Part shown: piece by piece, positions 19,480 through 30,420 of the stretch | How positions within the stretch are numbered: the first letter of the stretch is position 1 | How the letters are laid out: every line of letters starts with the position of its first letter | From: Candidatus Versatilivorator sp. | GTDB lineage: Bacteria; Acidobacteriota; Terriglobia; Versatilivoradales; Versatilivoraceae | Assembly (NCBI GenBank): GCA_965207735.1 | Contig: OZ242296.1 | Coordinates: 3,488,001-3,552,000, forward strand | Reading direction: 5' to 3' | Length of the DNA stretch: 64,000 nt | Notes under the pieces: model-generated | What the model was told of the DNA's origin: nothing | The model's database searches: none | The model's input: the letters and a program-made list of their open reading frames with translations, nothing else | Program-made: the position numbers and the translations under genes

Positions 19480-20559
19480 TTACTTCTTCTGCTGTCCCTC
19501 GAAGGCCGCGGGCGGGGGATCCTCGCCGACAGGCTGATCCCCATCGGCAGAGGCGGTCGCCACCTCGGACCCGCTGTCCAGGTAGCCTTCCTTGAGACGG
19601 ATGTAGCTCTGGCGGCGCAGCTTCTCCATATACTTCCGAAGGGCCGGGAGCGCCTTGTCCTCAACCAGCTTGTTGCGGATTTGATCCTTGACCACGTCCA
19701 GGGGTTGAATGCCGGCCACGTTTTTTTCGATCACCTTGAAGATGCGGAGGCCTCCCTGGCCTTCTACAATGTCGGTGATCTGACCTCGCCGCAGTGAAAA
19801 GACCATCTCCTCGATCTCCTTCAGGAGCATTCCTCTGCGGAAAAATCCCAGGTCCCCCGCCTGCTTGGCGGTCGGCCCGTCGGAATACTGGGCCACCAGC
19901 TCGCCGAACAACTCTCCGCCCCTGGCCTTCTCCAGCACTTCCTCGGCCCTCTTCCGGAGCCGCTCGACGTCGGAAGGATCCTCTCCGTTGGAGGCGATCA
20001 GAATCTCCTGGAGCCGCACCTGTTCCGGCCGATCGAACTTATCCCGGTTGGCCTCGTAGAAGGTCTCGATTTCCTCGGTCGAAATCTGGATGCGGTAGTA
20101 GACTTCCCGCCCCAGCACCTGTTCTCTCAGGCTCTGTTCTTTGATTCTCTTTCTGAACTCGACGGGATTGATGCCCTGACCGCGCATCTCCTGCTCCAGG
20201 GCTTCGATGCTGGGGAGATTGTTCTCTTTTCGAACCCGGTCCAGATACTTGATGATGTCGGTATCGGCGGTCATCCCCAGTTCCACTGCCTTCTGCACCA
20301 GGAGCCGTTCCTCGATCATGTTCTTGAGCAGATCCTTTTCGCCCTCGCTCACGGCCTGCGCCAGTTCTTCTCCGGAGAGCTTTTGCCGCGCCTGGACTCG
20401 GAGCTTGAGCAGGTTTACGGCTTCCTCGTACTCCGATTTGGTGATGATGTCGTTGTTGACCCGGCAGATGATCTCCTCGAAGACGATGGTTTCCGCCAGA
20501 GACGTGCCAGACAGCAGCAGCACTCCAGCCAGCACCCCGTGAGAAAGCCTTGTCTTCAT
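19480..20559 (-). CDS. SurA/PrsA-type peptidyl-prolyl isomerase
   Basis: Signal peptide, RVNNDIITKSE, parvulin domain (YSDGPTAKQAGDLGFF); GGAGGA RBS before the ATG at 20559. Confidence 0.88.
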   Translation of the reverse strand: MKTRLSHGVLAGVLLLSGTSLAETIVFEEIICRVNNDIITKSEYEEAVNLLKLRVQARQKLSGEELAQAVSEGEKDLLKNMIEERLLVQKAVELGMTADTDIIKYLDRVRKENNLPSIEALEQEMRGQGINPVEFRKRIKEQSLREQVLGREVYYRIQISTEEIETFYEANRDKFDRPEQVRLQEILIASNGEDPSDVERLRKRAEEVLEKARGGELFGELVAQYSDGPTAKQAGDLGFFRRGMLLKEIEEMVFSLRRGQITDIVEGQGGLRIFKVIEKNVAGIQPLDVVKDQIRNKLVEDKALPALRKYMEKLRRQSYIRLKEGYLDSGSEVATASADGDQPVGEDPPPAAFEGQQKK

Positions 20560-20813
20560 GGTCCCTCCTCCTCGAACTCCCCCTGACGGGCAGAACCCGG
20601 ATCTTTCCTTTAAGCGCATACCCGATGTTAACCGAAAACTCCCCGGAAGTTAACCCACCCGTGTCAGAGGGGGTGTACGACCCATTGCGGGGAGAGGAGT
20701 GTAGCGCATTCCGGCAGCCGTGTGCCAGGCGTCGGTTGCCCCCCACCGCTACATCAGTGCTGCACGACGAATTTTACACAAGGCTCATGGTTTACACGCT
20801 GCTGACGGAGGAC

Positions 20814-23800
20814 TCAGGAAGCCAGTTCGCCCAGCAGCCCTTGCACCGAGGAAAGCAACTCCCCCTGGGAGACGCCTGCCGACCGAAGCCTCAATTGACC
20901 TCCCGGGCTCACCGAGAGTCCGGGGACACTGGAGACGGTTTCCACCAGCTTGTGGGGCGGTATGGGGGTTCTGGGGTGAAAGGTGATGGCGATGCCCTGA
21001 CGATCTCTCTCCATCGACTGCACCAGAATCTTTTCCGCCAGGCGGCGCACTCTCATGTATTGCAGGAGCCTCTCGACCTCCTCCGGCAGCGGTCCGTAGC
21101 GGTCCTCCATCTCCTCCCGGAGGGCATCCATATCAGCGTCCAGCTTCAGGGAGGAGATGCGCTTATAGACGCTCAGCCGTTGATTTTCCTCGGGGATGTA
21201 GTCCGGCGGGATTTTGACGCTCACCTTGAGATCGATCTGGGTCTGGATCTCGGGGAGGACTTCCTGGCCCTCGAGTTCCCTGATGGTCCGTTCCAGCATT
21301 TGACAGTAAAGATCGAAGCCGATGGCGTTGACATGCCCATGCTGTTCCCCACCCAGCAGGTTGCCCGCACCCCTCAACTCCAGGTCCAGCGCCGCCACCT
21401 TGAACCCCGATCCCAGCTCGCTGAACTCTTTCAACGCCGCCAGCCGCTGCCGTGCGATGCCCGAGAGCGTCTGCCGCGGCGGGACCAGCAGAAAGGCATA
21501 GGCGCGGCGGCTGGAACGGCCCACCCGTCCCCGCAACTGGTAGAGCTGAGAGAGACCGAACCGGTCGGCTCGATTGACGATCATGGTGTTGACCAGAGGG
21601 ATGTCCAGGCCGTTTTCAATAATCGTAGTGGAAACAAGCACGTCGGCCTCGTGCCTCAGGAACTTGAGCAGGGTGGCTTCCAGATCCTTTTCCTTCATCT
21701 GGCCGTGAGCTACCAGCAGTCGAGCTTCAGGGCAGATTTCCTGGAGCAGTGCGGCAATGGAATCGATGGTCTCCACCTGGTTGTGGACGAAAAAGATCTG
21801 TCCCTGGCGTTCCAGTTCATTTCTAATGGCGTTTTGGATGACCTGGCGACTGAAGGGCAGCACCGCGGTCTGTATGGCCAGGCGATCCCTGGGTGGCGTC
21901 TCAATCACCGACATGTCCCGGATGCCCGTCAATGACATGTGCAGTGTTCTCGGAATGGGGGTGGCCGTCATGGTGAGGGTGTCGACGTTCTTCTTCAACT
22001 GCCTCAGCCTCTCCTTGTGAGCCACCCCGAAGCGCTGCTCCTCGTCCACGACCAACAGGCCCAGGTCCCGAAACCGGATGTCCTTGGAAAGCATGCGGTG
22101 GGTGCCGATGAGGATGTCGACCTTGCCGGTGGCCACCCGCTCCAGGATGGCCTTCTGTTCCCTGGGGCTCCGGAATCGGCTCAACATCTCAATGGTGATG
22201 GGAAACGCGGTAAAGCGCTGCCTGAAGCGCAGGTAATGCTGGTAGACCAGGATGGTCGTAGGCGCCAGGACTGCCGACTGCTTGCCGTCGAAGGCGGCCT
22301 TGAAGGCCGCGCGCATGGCCACCTCGGTCTTGCCGAAGCCCACGTCTCCACAGAGCAGCCGGTCCATGGGGCTGCTCAATTCCATGTCCCGGTAGAGGTC
22401 TCGAATGGCCTCCCTTTGATCCGGGGTCTCGGTGAACTCGAAAGCATCTTCGAATTCCTGATGCCAGTGGCTGTTGGCGGCAAAGCGGTATCCCGGCGCG
22501 ATCCTTCTCCGGGCATAGAGATCGAGCAGTTCCTCGGCCATGTCCCGGATGGACTTGCGGGCGCGGGCCTTGGCTCGTTTCCAGCTCACTCCTCCCAGCT
22601 TGTCCAGGGGAGGGTGGGCGCTTTCGCCGCTGCTGTGCTTTTGAACCAGGTCCATCCGCTCCAGAGGGACGTAAAGCCGGGCTTCGTCGAAATACTCCAG
22701 GATCATGAACTCCTGGTTCACTCCATCGCGGTCGATCTGCTTGAGCCCCCGGTAGCGGCCGATACCGTGGTCGACGTGCACCAGGTAGTCCCCCGGACTC
22801 AGCTCGCGGAAGTCGGACACGAAGGTCCCGCTTCTGGACCTGGATGGGGCCGGGTGGGAGAGGTACTCCACTTCATCGAAGACGTCCTCGTCCCCGAAGA
22901 TGCTGATCCCTGCCGAGCGGTGGCGGAACCCTTCCAGGACGTGGCCGACCACCACGGCAATCCGGGCAGGTGTCCCATTGGCCGGTCGGTCCTTGGCGCC
23001 GAAATCGCAAACGACCGGAAGATCGTATTCCCGCAGCATTTCCCCCAGGCGCTCGGCCCTTCCCAGGGAAGACTGCGCGAACAGCAGTCGAACGCCGGCT
23101 TCCAGCCACTGGCGCAGGTCCCGTGCCAGGCTTGCGATGTCGCCATGGTACTTTCGGAGGGGAGTTGTTTGGCAGTCAATGTGGATTGGGGGCGGATCGG
23201 CGGCCGCTTGAGACCCTGAATCGACCGTTCCGGCTGCCGTCTTGCCCGCGGAGGGGGACGGGGAGAGAGAGAGATCCAGCGGTTGGCCGGGGGCGGTTCC
23301 CAGTTGCTGCAGGTCGATGACCGGACGGCCCTCCAGCCGTTCCCCGACCTCGGCCAGGGAAACGCAGAGGTCTTCCGGATTCAAGCTGGGCCACCCGCGC
23401 CGGCCGAGCGCCTCCCGATCCCCGGCCATATCCGCCCACCAGTGGCGCAGCCCCTCCTCCAGCTCGTCCGGCTCATCCCTCACCACCACGAAATCGCCCG
23501 CGAAGTCCAGAAACGACATCTTCAGCGGAAGCGTCAGCCCGTGCAGGAACTCGAACCCCTGGAAGTGCTCCCCGCGGCTTGCTTGAACGACCTGGGTCTC
23601 GAAGAAAGCCGGAAAATCTGCGGGAGACCATCTCTCGGAAGCCTCCTGGCTCCACTCCCGCAGAGCATCGGGACCCACGAAGGTCTCTCTCATTGGAACG
23701 GGAGTTACGCTCTCGAGCCGCCCCACCGACCGCTGCGAACTGACGGAAAACTCCCGGAGCGACTCGATCTCATCTCCGAAGAACTCGATGCGGGCGGGGT

Positions 23801-24392
23801 TGGGGCTCCCCGGGGGATAGATATCCAGAATCCCTCCCCGGCGGGAGAAGGTTCCCACACCGGTCACCGGCTCTTCCTTGACGTACCCTGCCCGTTTCAG
23901 GTAGGCGATCAGACCCTCCAGGGAGATCTCTCTGCCCAGAGCCAGTTCGGGCACCTGGCGGAAGTCGGGGAGAAATTCCGGCAATCGAGCCAACAGTGCC
24001 GTGGGGCCGCAGAGCAGAATATCCAGGGTTCGCCGGTGAATCTTCCAGAGAGCCAGCGTCCGCTGCTCCACCGCCTCGGCATGGGGAGACAGACCGCTAT
24101 AGGGCCCCGGCTCCAGTGCGGGAAAGGTGGCTACACGCTCCCCCGGGTTTTCGGAGAGGCTGCGATGATAGAAGGCCGTGGTGGCGGCCATGGCCTCCAG
24201 GTCAGGCACGCCGGCACTGAGGAACAGAATGGGGCGATTCAGGATCCGATGCAGGAGAGCCAGGTAGGCGGGTTTTGCGGACGGCGTGATGCCGGACAGG
24301 GTGATCCAGCAGGATGCGGAATCGACCTGACGGGGAATCGACTGGAGGAGAGGGTCCTGCGCCAGTTGGGTAAGCAGATGTCGGGTAGCCAA
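20814..24392 (-). CDS. mfd: Transcription-repair coupling factor
   Basis: UvrB-like N-terminus, VHVDHGIGRY, CGDVGFGKT, DEEQRFG, QLRGRVGR. Start uncertain; TTG at 24392 chosen to avoid overlap with the upstream gene. Confidence 0.95.
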   Translation of the reverse strand: MATRHLLTQLAQDPLLQSIPRQVDSASCWITLSGITPSAKPAYLALLHRILNRPILFLSAGVPDLEAMAATTAFYHRSLSENPGERVATFPALEPGPYSGLSPHAEAVEQRTLALWKIHRRTLDILLCGPTALLARLPEFLPDFRQVPELALGREISLEGLIAYLKRAGYVKEEPVTGVGTFSRRGGILDIYPPGSPNPARIEFFGDEIESLREFSVSSQRSVGRLESVTPVPMRETFVGPDALREWSQEASERWSPADFPAFFETQVVQASRGEHFQGFEFLHGLTLPLKMSFLDFAGDFVVVRDEPDELEEGLRHWWADMAGDREALGRRGWPSLNPEDLCVSLAEVGERLEGRPVIDLQQLGTAPGQPLDLSLSPSPSAGKTAAGTVDSGSQAAADPPPIHIDCQTTPLRKYHGDIASLARDLRQWLEAGVRLLFAQSSLGRAERLGEMLREYDLPVVCDFGAKDRPANGTPARIAVVVGHVLEGFRHRSAGISIFGDEDVFDEVEYLSHPAPSRSRSGTFVSDFRELSPGDYLVHVDHGIGRYRGLKQIDRDGVNQEFMILEYFDEARLYVPLERMDLVQKHSSGESAHPPLDKLGGVSWKRAKARARKSIRDMAEELLDLYARRRIAPGYRFAANSHWHQEFEDAFEFTETPDQREAIRDLYRDMELSSPMDRLLCGDVGFGKTEVAMRAAFKAAFDGKQSAVLAPTTILVYQHYLRFRQRFTAFPITIEMLSRFRSPREQKAILERVATGKVDILIGTHRMLSKDIRFRDLGLLVVDEEQRFGVAHKERLRQLKKNVDTLTMTATPIPRTLHMSLTGIRDMSVIETPPRDRLAIQTAVLPFSRQVIQNAIRNELERQGQIFFVHNQVETIDSIAALLQEICPEARLLVAHGQMKEKDLEATLLKFLRHEADVLVSTTIIENGLDIPLVNTMIVNRADRFGLSQLYQLRGRVGRSSRRAYAFLLVPPRQTLSGIARQRLAALKEFSELGSGFKVAALDLELRGAGNLLGGEQHGHVNAIGFDLYCQMLERTIRELEGQEVLPEIQTQIDLKVSVKIPPDYIPEENQRLSVYKRISSLKLDADMDALREEMEDRYGPLPEEVERLLQYMRVRRLAEKILVQSMERDRQGIAITFHPRTPIPPHKLVETVSSVPGLSVSPGGQLRLRSAGVSQGELLSSVQGLLGELAS

Positions 24393-24447
24393 ATCGATCG
24401 GGAAACGAGTTCGGAAGGCCCGGGGCTCGGCCACCGGGTCAACCCCG

Positions 24448-24939
24448 CTAAGCCTGCCGGCCGTAGCGGCGAAGAATGCGCTCAATGATTGCGCTAGAGG
24501 ACTGCCCCTCCAGGTAGGGCAGGGGAACCACCCTGCCGCCGGCCGCCTCCACCTCCTGGCGTCCCACGATGGTTTCCACCGTCCAGTCGCCCCCCTTGAC
24601 CAGCACGTCGGGAAGCAGGGCCGCGATCAGCCGCTGGGGCGTATCCTGGTCGAAGACCGTAATGTAATCGACGCTGTCAAGCCCCGAGAGCAGGCGGGTC
24701 CGTTCATCCTGGGTCAGGATGGGCCGCATGGGGCCCTTCAGGTCTCTGACCGAACGATCGCTGTTGACACCGACAATCAGGACATCTCCCATTTGCCGGG
24801 CGCGCCTCAGGTAGTCGATATGGCCGGGGTGGAGCAGATCGAAGCATCCGTTGGTGAAGACCGTCCGTTTGTTCTGCTGCCGCAAGCGATCCCGTTGCGC
24901 CAGCAGATCCTCCAAGGCCAGAATCTTCCGCAGAGACAT
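24448..24939 (-). CDS. rfaE2: D-glycero-beta-D-manno-heptose 1-phosphate adenylyltransferase (RfaE domain II)
   Basis: [24 protein letters not shown]. Confidence 0.92.
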   Translation of the reverse strand: MSLRKILALEDLLAQRDRLRQQNKRTVFTNGCFDLLHPGHIDYLRRARQMGDVLIVGVNSDRSVRDLKGPMRPILTQDERTRLLSGLDSVDYITVFDQDTPQRLIAALLPDVLVKGGDWTVETIVGRQEVEAAGGRVVPLPYLEGQSSSAIIERILRRYGRQA

Positions 24940-25108
24940 GTTGGAAACCGACGGGGAGATCGGAGGTAGGGAGCAGGGATAGCAGGCCGGGATTATAGCA
25001 CAGCCCCGGTGCCGGCCAGGGGAATCCTCCGGGACTTGCATGGCCGGAGTCGACGTGCTGCCATTCGACTATCGAACCCTTCGCCGGAGGCTGCTTCGGA
25101 AGGCGACC

Positions 25109-26119
25109 TCAGTTCTCTGGCAGGTCCTGACGACCGGCCCCCACTGAGACCTCGGCTGCGCGAAGCCGCATTCCCATGCGTTCCAGCAGATCGCGGTCCA
25201 GGTCAGCTTGGGGGTTGGGAGTGGTCAGCAAGCGCTCCCCCATGAAGACGGAATTGGCGCCGGCAAGCAGGCAAAGCGCCTGGGCTTCATCCGAAAGCGA
25301 CAGGCGCCCGGCGCTCAAGCGCACCATGGCCTCGGGCATCAGGATCCGGGCGGTTGCGATCATGCGGACCATTTCGAAAGGGTCCACGGCTCCCTGATCC
25401 GCCAGCGGGGTCCCTTCCACCCGAACCAGCAGATTGATGGGCACGCTCTCCGGGTGGGGATCCTGGGTGGCCAACTCCTCCAGCAGACGCCAGCGGTCCC
25501 GGCGGCTTTCCCCCATCCCGATGATCCCGCCGCAGCAGACGCTGATGCCGGCGTCTCTCACCCGCTCCAGGGTTTCCAGACGGTCCCGGTAGGTCCGGGT
25601 GGTGATGATTCGACCGTAGAATTCGGGTGAGGTGTCCAGGTTGTGGTTATAGGCCGTCAGGCCCGCCGCGGCCAGCGCTTCTGCCTGGGGCTGCGACAAC
25701 ATCCCCAGCGTGCAGCAGGCCTCCATGCTCAACTCCCTGACGCCGCGCACCATGGCCAACACGTTGTCGAACTCCTCACCTTCAGGAGCCTGGCGCCAGG
25801 CCGCCCCCATGCAAAAACGGGTTGCGCCCTGCCGGCGCGCCTCCCGTGCAGACTCCAGCACCTGCTCCGGATTCAACAGCTTCTGGCCGGCAACCTCCGT
25901 ATCGTAACGGGCCGATTGCGGGCAGTAGCCGCAGTCTTCCGGGCACCCCCCGGTCTTGATGCTGAGAAGCGAACACCCCTGCACCTCCTCGGCGCAGTGG
26001 TGCCGGCGGTGCAGGCTCTGGGCGCGAAAGATCAACTCGGGAAAGGGCAAGGTGTAGATACCCTCGATTTCTTCCAGGCTCCAGTCATGACGGATGGGGC
26101 TCGAATCGGGCTGCTTCAT
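25109..26119 (-). CDS. bioB: Biotin synthase
   Basis: [16 protein letters not shown] radical SAM motif, [16 protein letters not shown]. Confidence 0.97.
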   Translation of the reverse strand: MKQPDSSPIRHDWSLEEIEGIYTLPFPELIFRAQSLHRRHHCAEEVQGCSLLSIKTGGCPEDCGYCPQSARYDTEVAGQKLLNPEQVLESAREARRQGATRFCMGAAWRQAPEGEEFDNVLAMVRGVRELSMEACCTLGMLSQPQAEALAAAGLTAYNHNLDTSPEFYGRIITTRTYRDRLETLERVRDAGISVCCGGIIGMGESRRDRWRLLEELATQDPHPESVPINLLVRVEGTPLADQGAVDPFEMVRMIATARILMPEAMVRLSAGRLSLSDEAQALCLLAGANSVFMGERLLTTPNPQADLDRDLLERMGMRLRAAEVSVGAGRQDLPEN

Positions 26120-26194
26120 CTTGGCGCTCTTCCTCGACTCCGGTTGGGGTCCCGGCCCGGCTGCGTCGGGCGTTCCTCCGGCCCGGGTGGCGGC

Positions 26195-27694
26195 TCAGGA
26201 GTAGATCTCTCCGTACTTGGCCTTCAGGTAGCTCACGAAGGGCTCGGCCCTCAGTTCCTCGCCCGTAACCCGATGGACTAGGTCGGCGGGCATGAATTTC
26301 CGGCCATGGCGATGGACGCTTTCTCTCAACCAGCTTAGCAGCGGCGAAAACTCTCCGCGTTCGATGTCCTCCGGGATGCCGGGGATCTCCTGCCTGGCGC
26401 GATCGTACAACTGCACCGATATCAGATTCCCCAGGGAATAGGTGGGGAAATAACCGAAAAGGCCGTGGGACCAATGCACATCCTGGAGCACCCCCAGAGC
26501 GTCGTTGGGCGGAGTGATCCCCAGATAGTCTCGCATCTTGCCGTTCCAGGCCTCCGGCAGGTCCGCCACAGGTAGGCTGTCCTCGACCAGTTGGGCTTCC
26601 AGCTCGTACCGCAGCATGATGTGCAGATTGTAGGTCACTTCGTCGGCCTCCACCCGAATGAGCGAAGGCTCGACACGATTGATGGCCCGATAGAAGGCTT
26701 CCGGCGAGCAGCCGGCCAGCTGCCGAGGAAAGGTGCGCTGAAGCCGCGGGTAGGCGAATTTCCAGAACCCTCGGCTCCGGCCCACCAGATTTTCCCACAA
26801 CCGCGACTGGGACTCATGAATGCCCAGGGAGGTGCCGCTGCTCAGGGGGGTGCGCTCCAGGGCGGGGCTCACGCCCTGTTCGTAGAGGGCGTGGCCCGTT
26901 TCGTGGAGTGTTCCGAACAGGGCCGAAGGGAGGAACCTCTCGTCGAAGCGGGTGGTGATGCGAACGTCCCGATTGGAAAAAGAAGTGCAGAAGGGATGGA
27001 CCGACTGGTCCTGGCGGCCGCCAGTGAAATCGAAGCCCATCTCCTGCGCCATCTCCAGGCCAAAGGTCGTCTGCTTTTCAATAGGGAAGCTCTGGCGCAA
27101 GACTTCATCCTGGACGCTCTCCAGCTTTTGGGAGATTTCCTGCACCAGCGGAACCAACCCGCCCTTCAAGTCGGCAAAGAGCCGGTCCAGTTCCGCCGAT
27201 CGCATGCCCGGCTCGTACTGGTCGAGCAGGGCGTCGTATCGTCTCTCCCGATATCCCAGGCAGTCGGCCAGCTCTCGCTGGAGATCCACCAGGGTCTGCA
27301 GCGTGCTTCGAAACAGGCCGAAGTCGGACCGGCCTCGGGCCTTAACCCAGACTTCCATCCCAAGCGAGGTCCGCCGCGCCAACTCCTCCACCAGCGATGG
27401 CGGAATGCTGCGAGCCTTGTCGTAGTCCCGCCGGGTCAGTCGAACCAGGCTGGCGTCGTCCGAATCGTAGCTCAGGGCCTGGGTCTCGGAAGCCGCGTCT
27501 TCCAGCCAGGCACCCACCTCCTCGGAGACGAAGCGTCCATGGGCGAGCTTCTCCAGGGTGGCGATCTGTTCGGCGCGCGCCGCCGCCCCGCCGCTCGGCA
27601 TGTAGGTCTGCTGGTCCCAGCTCAGCAGCGCGGCAGCCGCCTTGAGATCGGAAACCTCCGCCATCCTGGTTTTGAGTTTACTAAGCTGACTCAT
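26195..27694 (-). CDS. Carboxypeptidase, M32 (Taq) family
   Basis: HETGH zinc motif, HESQSRLWEN, QDVHW, GYFPTY. Confidence 0.95.
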   Translation of the reverse strand: MSQLSKLKTRMAEVSDLKAAAALLSWDQQTYMPSGGAAARAEQIATLEKLAHGRFVSEEVGAWLEDAASETQALSYDSDDASLVRLTRRDYDKARSIPPSLVEELARRTSLGMEVWVKARGRSDFGLFRSTLQTLVDLQRELADCLGYRERRYDALLDQYEPGMRSAELDRLFADLKGGLVPLVQEISQKLESVQDEVLRQSFPIEKQTTFGLEMAQEMGFDFTGGRQDQSVHPFCTSFSNRDVRITTRFDERFLPSALFGTLHETGHALYEQGVSPALERTPLSSGTSLGIHESQSRLWENLVGRSRGFWKFAYPRLQRTFPRQLAGCSPEAFYRAINRVEPSLIRVEADEVTYNLHIMLRYELEAQLVEDSLPVADLPEAWNGKMRDYLGITPPNDALGVLQDVHWSHGLFGYFPTYSLGNLISVQLYDRARQEIPGIPEDIERGEFSPLLSWLRESVHRHGRKFMPADLVHRVTGEELRAEPFVSYLKAKYGEIYS

Positions 27695-27976
27695 TTCCCC
27701 CCGGCAGCCTGCCCGCCCAGTCCAGGATTCCAGCCCCGGCGAGACTTGCGGGCCCGGAATTCATGGCTTTTCCCTCCTCGGTCGGAGCGCGAGTATACCA
27801 CAGGGAATCGTCTGGATTTTCCTCAGCTTGTGATGTCCTTTCCGGCGTGGTAGGGTTGCTGCACCGCGGCGCCTCACCCCCACCGGCACGGCGGCACCCG
27901 TCCCTAAAGCGGCCTCCCGCAGCTGCAATCTCAGGGCCCGCTACCCCGGATGCTTCCGGACCCGGAATCGACCTCG

Positions 27977-28999
27977 ATGAAAGTCCTGCTCCCCTGGACC
28001 GTCAGCCTGAGCCTGACGCTTCTGGTTGGTTCACTGATTTATTTCAGCGTTCCCGACTGGGCGCAGTCCTGGAGAGTGATGTTGCAGGGGCGGCCGGCCT
28101 ATCTGCTGGCCGGCCTGGGGATGACCCTGCTTCACATGGGACTGCGCGCCTGGAGGTGGGGAGTCCTGCTGTCCCCCGTCAAGCATCCCTTGGCCTACCA
28201 GGGCCTCTTTTCCCTGACGGTCGCCAAGTACGTCATCAATCTGATCCCCCCGCGCGCCGGCGAGGTGGTGGCCTCGGTGGTGCTGGCCAGGAAGGAAAAG
28301 ATCCCGGCCGCCTCGGTCATCGCCACCTCTCTGCTGGAGCGGATTCTGGACCTCATCACCGTGATCGGGATCTTTGCGGTCTACCTGGCTCTTTTCTCCG
28401 GTCAGCACCCGCCCAATTCCGAGCGGGGCCACGAAATCATGCTGGCCATCCAAAGATTTTCGCTGATCGGGGTCCCCATCCTGGCCCTGGCTTTGCTGGC
28501 CCTGGTCTACCTTGCCGGGCGTCGGGACTGGACCGGAAGGATTCCGGGGCGGCTTTCCCGCATCATCGTTTCCTTTGGGGATGGCTTCCGGGCACTGCGA
28601 AAGGACGGGGAACGGGTTGAAGTTGCGGTGCTCTCGCTGGCAATCTGGATCACCATCACCTTGCAGCTCTGGTTTCTGGCCAGGGCCTACCTGCCCGATT
28701 TCCCTCTGGCGGGCGCGCTTCTGCTAACGGTGATTACGGTTGCGGGGGTCGCCATTCCCACGCCGGGAGGGGTGGGCGGGTTCCAGTTTTTCATGCAACT
28801 GGCCCTGACCCACTTCTTTGCGCCCTTCCTCTCAACCCAGGACCCGAGCTCACAGGCCGCCGGCATCAGCAACGGCTGCTACCTGGTCTCAATGGTTCCG
28901 ATCCTGCTGCTCGGATTCGTTCTGCTTCATCGAGAAGGACTTTCCTGGAGCAGAATCTCCAGAATTGCCAGCGAGAAGCCGGCTACCGCGGAGAGCTGA
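27977..28999 (+). CDS. UPF0104/lysylphosphatidylglycerol synthase TM-domain (flippase-like) protein
   Basis: RAWRW, NLIPPRAGE, ERILD, PTPGGVGGF; multi-TM. Confidence 0.85.
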   Translation: MKVLLPWTVSLSLTLLVGSLIYFSVPDWAQSWRVMLQGRPAYLLAGLGMTLLHMGLRAWRWGVLLSPVKHPLAYQGLFSLTVAKYVINLIPPRAGEVVASVVLARKEKIPAASVIATSLLERILDLITVIGIFAVYLALFSGQHPPNSERGHEIMLAIQRFSLIGVPILALALLALVYLAGRRDWTGRIPGRLSRIIVSFGDGFRALRKDGERVEVAVLSLAIWITITLQLWFLARAYLPDFPLAGALLLTVITVAGVAIPTPGGVGGFQFFMQLALTHFFAPFLSTQDPSSQAAGISNGCYLVSMVPILLLGFVLLHREGLSWSRISRIASEKPATAES

Positions 29000-29129
29000 C
29001 CACGCCGCCGATTTTCACTCACGGGACGAGGAGTTTGCCCCCCAATTCCGCAAAACGTCCTTCAAGAAACTCAAGTATCACTCCCCCCTTGAGTAGGAGG
29101 TGGAACGGCGGAAGGGGGCGGCAGAAACC

Positions 29130-30287
29130 TCAGGCGCTGAGGACCGCTTGCTGTTTGCTCTGGATGGAGGCGAGCAGCCGGTCAAAGGCGTCTGCGAACA
29201 GCTTGACGCCGTCGTCCTGCAACTTGAGGGTCACCGCGTCCATGTCGATTCCCAACTCTTGCAGCTGGACAAACGTCTGGCGGGCAGCCTCCATGTCCTC
29301 TTCCAGGGTGGCTCTCGCCACCCCGTGATCCCGGAAGGCCGCAAGAGTGGGCAAGGGCATGGTGTTCACCGTGTCGGAGCCAATCAGCGTTTCCACGTAG
29401 AGCACGTCCCGGTAGCGGGGATTCTTGGTGCTGGTGCTGGCCCACAGCGGGCGCTGCACCCGGAAGCCTTGTCGCTCGAGACCGAGGAAGCGGCTTCCGC
29501 CGAAGATCTCCCTGAATTTCCGATAAACCAGGCGCGCATTGGCAACAGCGGCGCGACCCTGCAGCGTTCGGCAACGTTCTCTCTCGGCGGCGCTGCCGGC
29601 TGCCGCCTCCAGCTCTTGGAGCAGCTTGTCGACCACGGTGTCGACCCGGCTGACAAAGAAGCTGGCCACCGAGGCTACCGGGGCGGTCCGGCCGGAGGCC
29701 ACCAGGGTCTCGATCCCCTGCAGGTAGGCCTCGGCCACCCGAAGGTAGTGCTCCATGGAAAACATCAGGGTGACGTTGACGTTGATACCCTCTCCCACCA
29801 GCTGACGGATGGCGGGCATTCCGGCCGGGGTCGCGGGAACCTTGATCATCACGTTGGGTCTGCCCACGGCTTTCCACAGGCGACGGGCTTCCTCCACGGT
29901 TTCCCGGGTCCGGCAGGCCAAGTGGGGCGAGACCTCCAGACTGACGTAGCCATCTCCTCCCCCGGTCGTTTCGAAAAGAGGCCTGAACTGATCGGCCGCG
30001 CCCTGAATATCCTGGATGGCCAGCACTTCGTAGATCCGGGCGGCGGAGAAGCCGGCCCGGGCCATGGTGCGGATCTCCAGGTCGTACTCGGCGCCGCCGT
30101 CGATGGCCTTCTCGAAGATGGAGGGGTTGGACGTCACCCCGCGCAAGCCATCCTCGGCAATCAGCCGCCGCAACTCGCCCGAATCCAACAGGGTTCGGCT
30201 TATGGTGTCGCACCAGACACTCTGACCCAGTTGCTGCAAGTCCAGGAGCGGACTCGTGCCCTTCCCGCCCAGTTTCCGGTTGCCCAT
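29130..30287 (-). CDS. tal: Transaldolase
   Basis: GVTSNPSIF, NVMIKVPAT, SFFVSRVD, RPLWASTSTK. Confidence 0.96.
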   Translation of the reverse strand: MGNRKLGGKGTSPLLDLQQLGQSVWCDTISRTLLDSGELRRLIAEDGLRGVTSNPSIFEKAIDGGAEYDLEIRTMARAGFSAARIYEVLAIQDIQGAADQFRPLFETTGGGDGYVSLEVSPHLACRTRETVEEARRLWKAVGRPNVMIKVPATPAGMPAIRQLVGEGINVNVTLMFSMEHYLRVAEAYLQGIETLVASGRTAPVASVASFFVSRVDTVVDKLLQELEAAAGSAAERERCRTLQGRAAVANARLVYRKFREIFGGSRFLGLERQGFRVQRPLWASTSTKNPRYRDVLYVETLIGSDTVNTMPLPTLAAFRDHGVARATLEEDMEAARQTFVQLQELGIDMDAVTLKLQDDGVKLFADAFDRLLASIQSKQQAVLSA

Positions 30288-30420
30288 CGAAACCTCCTGC
30301 AGTGAGTTTCGGAGACCTCGAGCCCCTCAGGTCCACCGACACCAAACTCTAATCCCCGCGCCCCGCCGACACAATCGAAAACCGCTAGCGGAAATCACAC
30401 CCTCCGGCGAGAACTGTGGG

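Noticed and set aside
20715-20730. Sigma54-like TGGCAC motif upstream of the surA-like gene
   Set aside because: GG-to-GC spacing is 9 nt rather than the required 10.
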